Part shown: piece by piece, positions 52,201-64,000 of the stretch
Position numbering within the stretch: the first letter of the stretch is position 1
Layout: each line of letters begins with the position of its first letter
Source: Haplodiscus bocki
Lineage: Eukaryota
Length of the DNA: 64,000 bases
NCBI GenBank assembly: GCA_965655095.1
Contig: OZ296648.1
Span: 172,732,001-172,796,000 of the forward strand
Direction: 5' to 3'
Program-made: the position numbers and the translations under genes
Notes under the pieces: generated by a model
The model's database searches: none
What the model saw: the letters and a program-made list of their open reading frames with translations, nothing else
Told to the model about the DNA's origin: nothing

Positions 52201-54239
52201 TGCTAAACTGAGTAGCATAGGGTTTGTCTTTTTTTCCAATCGGGGACTCACTTTTATTTTTAACAAAAGTTTAGCTGATGAATAGATATTAGATCATAAT
52301 CCAGCCTTCGAAGAACCTGTATTTTTTTCTGAAGTTCTCAAAAAAAGGATCAATCGTGAACACATTGCCGGAGAAACGATACCTATATGATTAAATGAGG
52401 TGAAATTTATTAAATCGAAAGACCGCTACCAACTTCAACATCGACCACAAGTTCGCCCCCAAAATGTCGCCGATAGCAAAGAATCTCCTCAATTGAATAA
52501 TTTACGTTACTTTTGTCAAAAAAAGGTTGTTCCACATGTTGCAGTTTCAAAGGACGAACAAACCATCGTCAAAACACTACTTTTTGATTCATGAAAACAT
52601 AACGAGCAACAACCATCTAAGTCAGCCACTCAAAAAATGTCTGAGGACTTTTCCAGGAACAACTAAGATTCACCTAACACACGAATTCCAAATTTCTACA
52701 CCTCTCATCAAGTGTAAAATTATCGATGCCAATCTCATTCCTTTTATGGAGGTTACTTTTAACGAAAAACTTCCGTTTCTAATGGCGAAAATGACTGCCA
52801 AAAAACAAAACAGACGGATCTTTCTAAAATTAGGTCTTCCACGGTTACCAGATTGAACACTACTCTGGTGATCGTAGAAAAAATTAGACGTCATTTATTC
52901 TTCATCGCAATACTTCAGATAATCAATCACTCTCTTTGTTTTAAATAAACAAAACAGGAGCCATAAATCAAACTGTTACAACCCCAAAAAACATTTTCAA
53001 GCTGCTTTCTCAGGCAATTCCAAGGCAGATGGGCAATTTTTAGAACACTGTAAGTTTTTTAATTCAAGATTTGAAAAAATCAAAAACTTTAGATGACACC
53101 ACTAAACTTGTTCCAAAATGGTATCTTCTTCTGAATGTTTCCTACAAAAGGCCAACTCTAAAAACGGAATCACATTTTTATGGAAAAAAGTTTTTGTTCC
53201 AGACTAGAGCCATTATAAAAAAAGTAAATTCTCTTATGTGAAATGCTAGAGAAGTTCTTCTACCTCGTTACATATAGGAATAAAAGATGACTATGGAGAA
53301 AAATTAAATACAAGCAAATGTTCAATTGAATTAGTTGGAGGGAATGGTTGAATTAACCTTATTTCACTTTCGAGATTATTCAACAACATTGGCAATGATT
53401 TCCGCAGTTGGTGATACAAATAACGTGATTGGCTTCCCGTTTTCGCAAACTTGTTCTAAATCAATTGACCACTAACGCTCACAAATGGTCCCAAAAGGTA
53501 AATCGTATACTACAGCGAATACACGTAAAATACCGTTTCTACAAATATTTCATAAACCACCTCCGTTCAATCCTAGAGTTTCTAACTGAGCTGTCAAAAG
53601 ACACAAGTAAAATCCCGGTAGACCTCAACGAGTTATTAAATTTCCGGAACATGGTTTTTCAAGCAAACTACAGACTACTACTTTAAATACAGGCTTTCCT
53701 TCTCTCCAACTTCGCAAAAAAAACCATCACTTGAGTTTTACCGAAACGTATGATTCTAATACTCAAGCCAGATACCTTATTGTTATTCCAGAAAACAAAA
53801 CAAAAGATTCTGCTGGCATTTTGGGTTAAATTGATTTCCAAGAAGAAGGCACTGTTAAACATCCGCAACTTCAACCGTAAACAGTCTACAATCTTGATCT
53901 TGTATTTCACACTCTCCTATATAATGTTTTTCCCGACAATTTTGAAGTGCAGAACAACTATGCACAAATTAGCACAAAATCCGGTGAAACTCCAAATCAG
54001 GAAATCAACCAAATCTTACTTAATTTATCCCCCATCGTTGCTACAATTATCCAACAGCTTGATCCGTAAAATCATGAAATTCTTCCTAAAACGAAACTTC
54101 AATGAACTAAATTCTTGTCTCAAAAAATACTTGATCTCATGCAACTTGTGTGTGAATTTCATGGTTTTAACTTACATCATAAATCTGATTTTGGTGTCGT
54201 TGCCATACTATTGCAAATTACCCTCATCAGCTGCAGGAT

Positions 54240-55650
54240 TAAAACAGCAATGCATCGCAAGATTTTTATTACATAACAGAGATAAAGTGAAAAAGCTTCT
54301 TGATGAATTGAAAACTGATGGAGTCAAAATTCGTGTCAGTCTTGATGCTGCACAAAATAACAAAGTGGGTTCTAATGTTTTTAACCCCATAAATTTCAAT
54401 CCCTATGGTGACCCAAATAGAAGCGTTACTGACGATATACAACTGAATGCAATAACTGAGGTATCAGAACAACAATTTCCTGTACCACTGGTTAAAGTTT
54501 CAATTCCGAGAAACATTGGCACCAAATTCAGTAAAAATTGAAATCCCCGCCGCAAAACACTATTGCATTTTTACATCGGAAAATCAAAAACTTATTGATT
54601 TTTGTTGCTTGAGATAAAGACAATGAAAACCAGCAAAAATTTCATTGATTTTTTGATTTACCTGGTTTTTTTTCAATTGTGTTATGACAATTCTTCCTGC
54701 GTTTTCTCAAAGAGACCAAAACTACTTTTTATAGAATTGACATATTGCCTAAAGCTGATGCCGAAAATACACAAATCTTTGATCGACTTCGTGATTTTCA
54801 AGAAACATAATGTATTCTGAACGTAGAGCCGCTCCACATAATACGTATTTTTTTTCTGCTGTTTCATTTCTTGGGCAATGTAAACACTAGAAACAAAATC
54901 AAGCCACCTTTAAACAAATTTGAAGCAATCCAACAAAAAAACTATTTAAATCCGAAAAAGATGTAATATGTTTGTTATGAATTTTGAACTTTTACTCAAA
55001 AATTTTCCGAAAATGAATATCAATCTTGCTCCGTTGAAAACACTTTTACATATTAACAACTCGTTTTATCGGAAACGAAAGAAAACAAAGCTCTTTTCCT
55101 CCAAGTGAAACAAACACTGACGCATAATTGCTAGTTGACTTTACCAGAAGCAAAACAGCAAAACCTTATTATGGTTGATGCTTGTGCTCTTTCTGATTTC
55201 GGGGTGGGCACAGTACTCGCTTAAGTTTTTGACAAAATTAAAAGCACTACATATATCCCAGACTACACGTCCTCTCAAGGAAAAAGAACAAAAAAAACGC
55301 TGTGGCCTGTAAAAGACCCACCGCCAGAGTATGAAAATTGAAAATTATTGATTTTTTGTTATTTGGCTTGGAAGACCCAATTACATTTTCCAAGGAACGC
55401 AAACCAGTTCCCTGCCTCATTGCCCACAAAGAAGGTCAAAGTCTCCAATTTCTTAGATATCAAATTATTTTACCAATATTTCCAAAACTTTCTGCTTTTT
55501 TCCGACGCAGAGACAAACACTTTGCTTTCCTAATTTTTTCTCCAGCGAATTTTCAACAAATCTCTTTAAATGTCCGCAACTTTTCCAATGAAAAAAAACA
55601 ATTCAACTCTTCCTTGAGTATCATACCGCTGCCCGTAAGAACTTAACAAA
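54240..55650 (+). pseudogene. Reverse transcriptase - RNase H remnant
   Basis: HNRDKVKKLLDELKTDG; KIRVSLDA; decayed YIDD region ~54,730; FLG ~54,870; ILNFYSK; IMVDACALSDFGVGTVLA (RNase H DAS..G.G); FLLFGLEDPITFSKERKP...RYQIIL (like TDHKP). Confidence 0.75.
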
Positions 55651-57779
55651 AGTTAACTGACTCGTTAGAACTCGTTATGTGGAAAACTTTACCTAATCAC
55701 ATCTCAAGCTCAAACAGATTTTAACCAGTATATTGTGAGTATAGCAAAGTTAATTTCATTCTCCAATTGTTTGATCATGTCCATGAAATGAGCAATACAC
55801 TACATTCTATTGGGATTTTCTCACCTAAAAGTTTGATTCCGTTTCAAAAAAGTCAAAAACAAAAACGTTTTGAGGAAAAAAAATCACTCGCCGCTTCCTC
55901 AGCCCTTGTAAATGTTACTGAAGAACATATTGAGGAAGACGATGTAATTGTGAAGTAAATTGTAGAGAATATGACAGAAATCCAATTACAACATGAGAAA
56001 TCTACCGAATACCAATCGGAAGAGATTTTGTCAAAACATTTTTACCATACAAATCTCATCAAGGCGTCAACTTAATAAAACAAACCACCGAAAAATCCGC
56101 TAACTTCTATCATTGATCGGGATCCAAAAAATATCCAGTCTGTTTTTCACCAAACGATACTAAACTTGGATACGAGAGGACATATCTACCCTCCATCAAT
56201 CAATAGGAGAAAGTTAAAATCTTGTCTTCCGCGATAAATTCAGACATTCTGTAGTTTTAAACTGGCTCCTGCGAAGTATCTTCAAAGTGCTGCGAGCGTT
56301 TTGCTAGAAGAAAGATTCTTTCGACCCACCAAAAAAATTAGCCACTGACAGAGTAGAAGTGTATTTCACTACAATAATTGCAGGAACTTACATTTATGGA
56401 AACAAGGAATGTCCAAGATACCCTTATACTAATTGAGGTAAAACAAGCGATGGTTCTCATAAACGTTTAACAGATCAGATCAAAAAAGTTCCACCATTTA
56501 TAACGAAATCAATTTAACCATTTATACTCCAAAGCGAAAGCAATTTTGTAAGTCTACTATCCTCCGTATTTTACAATCAAAGATCGTCTGATATCTAAAT
56601 CTGAAATAAATCATACATTTGACAAACCGTAGAAAAAAGAAGAACTCACCGAAGTAACAGCACAGTATTCTTGTAATTTTTATCCACTCAATCTACGCCC
56701 CTCTAAAATTTTGAGAAAATCATCGAAAAAAAACTCCTCGAAGGGATACTTCATTTGCACACAGAAACCACGTGATTTCAATTTATCCCATCACATTGTA
56801 TTTAAAAAGATAAAACCATAAAAACTACCTTTTGCAAACTTTATATCACAGTTTTTTTCATCGATCAGAAAGAACTTTCTTCACGCAAAAAAAGCCGTAA
56901 AATTCCTGAGAGGTTTTTGACGGAGAGACCACACCGGATCCGAATTCAATTGACAACTTGTGTATACCTCTAGTTTCCGACTCTTCTTCTCCAATTTTTT
57001 TCAGAATTTTGCAACAGGTACCAGAACAGCAAATTATTTAAAAAACAATCCGCAAAAAAAAATTGACACCACAATTGTCTCCTTTTGACTCCAGTTCTTC
57101 CCAAAACCTAGCAACTATTCAAATAAAAAAACCGAATGCAGCCGAATTTTTGGCACCAACGTCTCCGCTTGACGCCAGTTTTTCCCAAAATCTATGTTCA
57201 CCCAGACAATTTTTACAAATGTCAGCGTAGGTAGCCTGTCAATGATTAGAGAACGAACTTTCCGCTTCTAAAATTTGAATATATATTCAGGTAATGGAAA
57301 CGCGATTGAAATAGAGCTCAAAAAAAGAAAAGAAAAAATTTGAACGAAACGTCTTTAGGTTCTCGAGAAATTCAAAATAAATGAATCGGTTGACTATATC
57401 TGATCCTGGGGCGACAGAAGTTACAGAATTCAAACATACCGTGTCTAATTGTCCATCAGAGCGCACTTCAAATAGAACTCGAAGTTCACTTCTTTTCCCT
57501 TTAAGCCGCCTTTTTGTTAGCAAGCTTAAAATCACTTCGCTTTCTTAAACTGGAAACATTCCCAGCAACTTTCTTTCCATCAATCTTTTCCTACAAATCA
57601 TGGAACACTGATGCAACTAATCAAATTCTTCTAAACTTAGCTCCTATTTCAGTCTTTCACTTAACTTTTTCACCGATTACTTCAACTAAACCCAGAAACT
57701 CCCAAACATTTGTTCAATCATCACGCACATTTACCCAAACTCCCTAACTGTCCCAAACTGTGAGCCGTTTCAGCCTCAT

Positions 57780-58700
57780 TTGATCTGATGATTATGGTGC
57801 AAATCCGCTTGATGTTGTCAAATTTAAAGCGCGTGTTAATAAATACATCCTGGTGAATGCAGAAACTGTTAAAAGATATCAATGTTCTCTCTCATATACC
57901 AAAAGTACAAACTCGTTGATTTCAGTTTACCACCAGTAAAGCAAACAAAGTAATGCAGCTTCGTGGGAGTGATTGAACTCACACATTGACTATTTTCTTA
58001 TTCACTCAAACCAATCTGTTTCTGGTGGGATCACTATCAACAGGATACAGAAGTTATTTCTTTGATAAGCACGGTCACTCGTTGTGGTTATTTGAACGCC
58101 ATCTAGAACTATCACTTTTGTATAGTCGCAATGGAAAAAATTTTGAGAGAATGCCATCTAGCTATCAAAATACAATCTTTTATGTAAATCTTCAGAGTCG
58201 TCCGACAATTCTGTTTGCTACAGAAAACGCATGTGAGAGTAACCCATCTAATATCAATGCATTAGAGTATGATGGATAATGTTTTTTTCTATCAACACCA
58301 ACACCAGTGAAACACGACCTTCCAGTTCATTTTAAACCTTTGGAAGTTCGAGCTGCATTTCAACCAAACATCTTCCCTGCACATGCTGCAGTCTTTTGTT
58401 CACCCAAACATACAAAAGATTTTCGGAAGAGAAGAATGTTGATGAAATCTTCTAAGGAAATAATCCAAGTTCTTCGTGAAGCAAAAAGCTATTTTCTTTC
58501 CACGATACTAATCCAACCTCTAAACGGGTTGACACAATCATTGCATTCGTATTGGACAAGGCAATTGCCAAATGGTATAACGGAGCGCATTGTAACAGTA
58601 TATACATTCTTTCTACGAAATTTAAAGCAATGCCGGTTAACACATTTGATGGCTGGAGTAAATCCTCACAAAATGAAATTTTTATTATGCTTTGTATTAA
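57780..58700 (+). pseudogene. Gypsy integrase remnant (heavily decayed)
   Basis: Lies after RNase H. Weak matches to the Zn-binding region, to GP...S...Y...D.FS and to VNPHKMKF (like SPYEIVF). Confidence 0.45.
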
Positions 58701-61700
58701 TTTCCTCAACTGGCAGTAACCACCGTTGTTTATCTGATACATATTTTAAAAATGAGTGAAATTGATGGCTTACAGATAGAATTTTTGCAGTCATGTTCAT
58801 AACAGAATTTTTTTTGAAACAAAAAAAGAAAAAAGTTTTAGGGAAAAACCCCACAAAAAATCAATATTGGTGATGAAAAACAAAACCCTTACCACCAAAT
58901 CAATCAATCGTTAAAAAGATCTATTCAGAAAGTGCAAGTTTTTTATTAAAATCTAGTGTTTCGAATGAAACTACCCAAGACATCATAGAAGAAGATACTA
59001 CTCCAACAAAAACAATTACTCCTACTCACGTTCTAAATTCGTCAAGTTCAGCAATTAATATTCTAAATGCACATTCTAAACTATCAAATTACCAAATAGT
59101 TTTACTACCCACGAAACTTTTTATCCAAACGTGAATAAAACTTACTCTCAAAATAACTAACTGAAACTCACATACTAACTCACCGACTCCTCTCCGGAAA
59201 ATCGTCCTAACAAAACGCTCCTCTTGAAACTGACAACAATTTTTCATTACCACTATAAACAGAATTGCAACAACGTTTCTAGCACTGACGAGTTTCAACA
59301 GAAAAATCTTCCAATGAAATATTTCTGTTGAAGACTCATCTAAAATTGTCTCCAAAAACCCTTGTATGAACGATTATTTGAAGGTATTTTTTCAAACAAG
59401 CTTGCATCACTTTTCCTGAGAAACATTTGATCAAATAGAGAATATCAACAGGAATATACATGAAAGAAAATAAAGTTATCAACCAACATAACTCTCTTCA
59501 AAAAAATCTCGCCAAACATTTTATGAGCCATTTTAGCCAACTACCTTGCTTTTTTGTCACCAACTAAACTAAATCTTCTTACATATCCCCCATCCCAATC
59601 CAGGACGCGGATCCAACCATTCCGTTCTTCGACAATCTTCTCGCCCACAACCCCACGTCTCTTCACTTCACCATCCCTCAAACTTCAAGATCAACACGGG
59701 CTACTCCGTTTCTCCTCCTCTGGAGCACCCACTCATTTGCAATTGAACATTGAAACGCAAGACGTCGACATACACTAATAGAACAACCTAGCACTCAAAA
59801 TCCTGAAACGATTTGTCTTACCAACTCTTCTGATACCACTCAGCAAGTAACTAGTACCATTTTTTCTCAACAACAAGCTTTCACTACCTCAATTATTCGA
59901 ATGCTGCACGAAATCCCGATCAATCCCTGCATTTTTTCTAATAGTCAAGCTGCATGCACTAACAGCACTGCGTCTTTACTTTTTACACTTCATTGAAGCA
60001 ATCCTTCTTTTCCTTTTAAATTGTTTATTCCGTCTGCAAAAAGCGTTCGCAGTACCCAATCAATCCACGCTGTAGATGTAACCCAAAAGTCCGCCCGCAT
60101 GGCATTTCACCAACGACTTACACTCTCTAGATATACCACACCTCAATTTTCAGCAGTTAAGTATAACATCACAGCAGCCATGCACGCCTTTTTTCCCTAC
60201 ACCTTCTTCTCTAACCACAGTTAAATAAACCCGTGACGTTCATTTCCCTCAATCAAACCCGCATGTTATTCCAAAAAACCCTACACAGAATCAATTTTAG
60301 TTGCAGGAAACTGAGAGCCAATATCAAATCCTTGCCTTAGACCATAATAAAGATCACCTGTAATCACCTGTAACTGAGTTTCAATATCTTTGGCTTGAAA
60401 AAAATGACCTTTTTGCACTTATAGTATAATTTTATTGAACGAAAACAACTCGTTTTTTTTCTACAATTTCACCCACTTCTGACTCTTCCTTTGATCAAAT
60501 TCTATCAACCAGAAAATTTACAGCAAAATTTTTACGAACAATCCCATGGTCACCAAACACACTGCTAACAACAAGTTTTCGTCAATTTATTCCACCTCAG
60601 CTCAATACGCACTCAATTTTTCATTCTTTCATGGCCGTTTCCCTAATTGTGACCCTCTTCAGGAATTTTTTAATAAAATATTCATAATCTCAGCAGAAAC
60701 CGACTACTCATTGTCACACGAAAAGCTCTTTCAACAGTTGACACTCTTTTTTACGTATTTCAAAACCAAGAACGACCTCCATCAACCACCAAAACTCACT
60801 CACTTTTCCACCCCTTTTTTCCCCAACCTCTCCCTACCACCGCATGTCACCTTTATATTCAAATAGTAGGTTATTAAAACAATTTTGCACAACATCACCG
60901 TCCTATTCACATGTTTGATTTCTCGTCTTCAACATACACAATCGTTTTCAAACAAACCTCCTTTTTTCCACTGAATTTCTAGCATTTATCTGCACAGTAT
61001 GCACCCTTTTTCTTGACCTTAACTCTGCACGGTTTCTTGACATTATTGCTACTAACAATCAACAAGTTGAAAATTTACTAGACGAAGTCTGTGAACTCAC
61101 TCAGAAACGATATATCTTTTCTGAAATTCTTAGTAAACTGACTCCTTTATTTGAATACTTTAAACTATTAGAAAACTCACACTACCCATTCACAAAGCAT
61201 TTAATATGTACCTTTCTCTTTTTTAAACCCTTTTTCAGTAATGCACAGCAGTTATATGAATTTTTACAATTACTCATTTCTATTCTACGTTTTTCTGATA
61301 CCACATATCTAAATTAACATTTTTTGAACCTAGCATTGTTCTCCTTTAAACCTTGACTCATTTAGCAACTTTTCAAACCGTAACACTTCCTAACTTAAAA
61401 TGACTTGTGAACTTTATTCGAAAAAAACCTTCTTCTTCTTCCCACTTCACCCTCACGCCCAACATGGGAACTCCCACTGCCGTTGTGGTATACATCATCT
61501 CTATGTACCACCATCTTCCCGAAAGAATCTCACATCCCCTCGAAACGCATCCACGATCACACACTTCACCATGTTGTCACTATATTTGTAATTACTGATA
61601 TTATCTTCGTCACTTCTGCTACACCTATGATGTAGATAAAACAGCTTACCTCAGAGGATAGATACAACAGCCTAGCCCAGATGAAATAAACGCCCAGATG

Positions 61701-64000
61701 AAACGAATTTTTATAGCAAAAGGCTCAAACCAATTCCTTCAAAAGATAGTTGAAGCTAGTTATAATATAAAGGGCACTCCTACAATGCGTACCAAAAGAG
61801 AATTGTGTAAAATTGGTTGTGATTTAATCCGAACTGACATATCCAACTACTATGCAGCAACAGAGACTGCAATTGTAGCTACAAACAATTCAATTGACGT
61901 CAATAAAGTTCGATTGAATCTTCCTGATCCCTATAGTTTTTCTTAGAGAATACGAACAGAGAAAACTACTGGCCACTATCAGCGAATCAAAATCTCAATA
62001 GTAATTTCTCAGTTTACATCGACTATTGTATTCTGAATTCCATGACGACACAAATGTCCTACCTCAGACCTCTTCTAATAAACGACAATACTATAATTCA
62101 TTTGTGGAAACTAATGAACCGTCGAATAGATACTAATATGATTGCTGATATTTTGAAAAAAAACTTCTTGTTGTAAAACAAATCAATTCTCGTCTTCCTG
62201 TAAAAATAACTACCAACAATCAATTATCTAGATGATACAAAATACCCACTCTGAAATACAACAACAAACAAACAAACATCTTCAATCCCGGATAAGATGG
62301 ACTAAACAAAAGATTAAACTATCAAACTATGAAATGTTAGCCAATGAATTGTAAATACAATTTATGAAAAAAAGACTGAAGAGGTAACCAATGACGTTTC
62401 AGTTTTAATTATTCTAGAAATTTTTGTGAGACTAGCATTAAAGAAAATTGAAATTTTAAAGGAAAAGTCTTCCGTTCTAGAATTGGTATTTACGCAATCG
62501 GTACGTATGTTTTAAGAAATAAGATTTGAAAATTTCTAGTGATTGCGGTAGCTTTAAGATCGAGACACACCTTTGGATATGAAAAACTGATCAACTCGCT
62601 CAGTCCATCAGAGCTTGGGTGATTGAAAAGTCTATTAATATACCATTCGCCGTTAACTTTCATTAATGATACAAGGTTTCATTACAGCCGATACGGCTAT
62701 TGATGCCGACAGTCTTGGTTGCATTTTGTTTACCGAGAGTAAGTTTTCGCCAGCGTTATTGTTGCCACTTACCGTTTTGGTCGCCTTGGTTATTTAATCT
62801 GATTTTGATTAGAAGAAAGCGTTGACAATGCTGCAATAATATAACCGCAATGCTGTTGATTGAAATTGAAAAGGATGTAATTATCCAAGTTGACTACAAA
62901 TGGCTGCTCATGGATACCATGCCATGATAGTGGATGAACCATGGACTGCGATCTGTGAGTGGTTGCGCTGGGTAATATCAGAGGTGCATTATTTTTGGAA
63001 AACTGTGGACTTTTTGGTTGGGTTTGTGGATTTTTTAAAGTTTTGAAAGATTTTGTCAACCTAAATTACTCGTTGGCCTCTTTCAGAGCTAGATTTGGAT
63101 CATCTTCTGGAACTCTACTCTAAATTCACCAAGTTGTATCTAACGTTTCAAGTTTTCCCCATCTACAAATTTCCTGGAAACGTTTCTGCTAACAATTTTT
63201 GCAAAGGAATGTTCATTAATCGCTTATCATTAAGAAGTTGTTATAGTCTCATCTAAGTTGTGACATAATTATAGACGGCGTGAAATTGTTAGAACTGCCT
63301 ACTCCAACAATTTGGGCAATTGCATCGGAGAATAATTTAGATAAACACTGTAGAAATAGGAAGGCCTGCAGCTTATTTGGTACAATAATTTGCAGAAGCT
63401 ATTTTTGCAAATTGTTCACGGTTGTTAACATATGAATGATTTATGTGATCAATTACAAGAAAAATTAAGCAATTATTTTGCAAAAATTTTGGCAGTTTGA
63501 ACACTTCTTTACACTTCGCAAATCAATCGCAAGTCATAAGCTTGTCGAAAAATTCTTTCCTTAATAAGCAGTAAACCACCTCTGAGCAATTTATATTCCA
63601 GCTTCCTGTCTTGAGTATAGAATTTCATTGATTATGCACAAAAATTGGGAAGCAATTTGCAGAATGGTTTCTTCTTCTCAAAGCGCGATACAAGTGTGAA
63701 CTTTGCTTAAACCTACACTTAAAATTCTCAATTTCTACGTAATGTACAAAGTATGTAGTAAAAGGATTCGCAAAAAAGAACTCGGATCGACAAGACGTAT
63801 ATCAATTGCTTCCTGAAAAGTTCATGTGAGGACAATTCGTCCTCAGCCATTTCACCCGCAATAATTTCAACCGTTAAAAAACTTTAACAGCGTAATATTT
63901 TTCGACCGCATACCATTTCAAACACTTGCAATTTCAAATAGTGCGATAGAAACCACTTCAATTATTGCATAATTTAATAATTACGATGAGAGATTCAAAC

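Larger units (their letters stand above)
49922..62610 (+). mobile_element. Large decayed Gypsy (Ty3/Metaviridae-like) LTR retrotransposon
   Basis: Gag, RT, RNase H and integrase remnants in Gypsy order. Bounded by a direct repeat aaaagtcttccgttctag...gcaatcggtac...aagatcgaga...actgatca at 49,922-50,060 and 62,463-62,610. The right end may extend further. Confidence 0.75.

Noticed and set aside
53750-54541. 263-aa ORF as an intact gene
   Set aside because: Only the C-terminal part resembles retrotransposon pol. The rest looks out of frame in a frameshifted pseudogene.

Overview
This is AT-rich, repeat-dense eukaryotic (probably invertebrate animal) DNA. I recognise no intact host gene, and it is neither prokaryotic nor CRISPR. 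From left to right: (1) 1-12.9 kb is a 65-bp tandem satellite. The monomer is itself a diverged 33+32-bp dimer, and the array has higher-order blocks of about 9, 15, 18-19 and 101 monomers. Its ORFs are artefacts. (2) 16.7-19 kb is a decayed minus-strand LINE (ORF1 plus APE endonuclease). (3) 20,747-32,721 is a decayed ~12-kb Polinton/Maverick-type element with ~730-bp terminal inverted repeats. It holds pseudogenes for protein-primed PolB, integrase and minor capsid, and a hidden ~178-bp (59-60 codon) repeat array of unknown function. (4) 33,256-38,838 is an internally deleted minus-strand Gypsy-like LTR element with a PPT and near-TSD. Its ~1.5-kb LTR carries an ORF that runs out through the LTR end, and a related solo LTR sits head-to-head at ~38,890-40,477. 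(5) Scattered SINE-, MITE- and Helentron-like small repeats. (6) ~49.9-62.6 kb is a large decayed plus-strand Gypsy element whose left LTR-like copy contains a ~32-bp-stem hairpin. Protein assignments come from hand translation and remembered family motifs, not database searches. Boundaries of decayed features are approximate.
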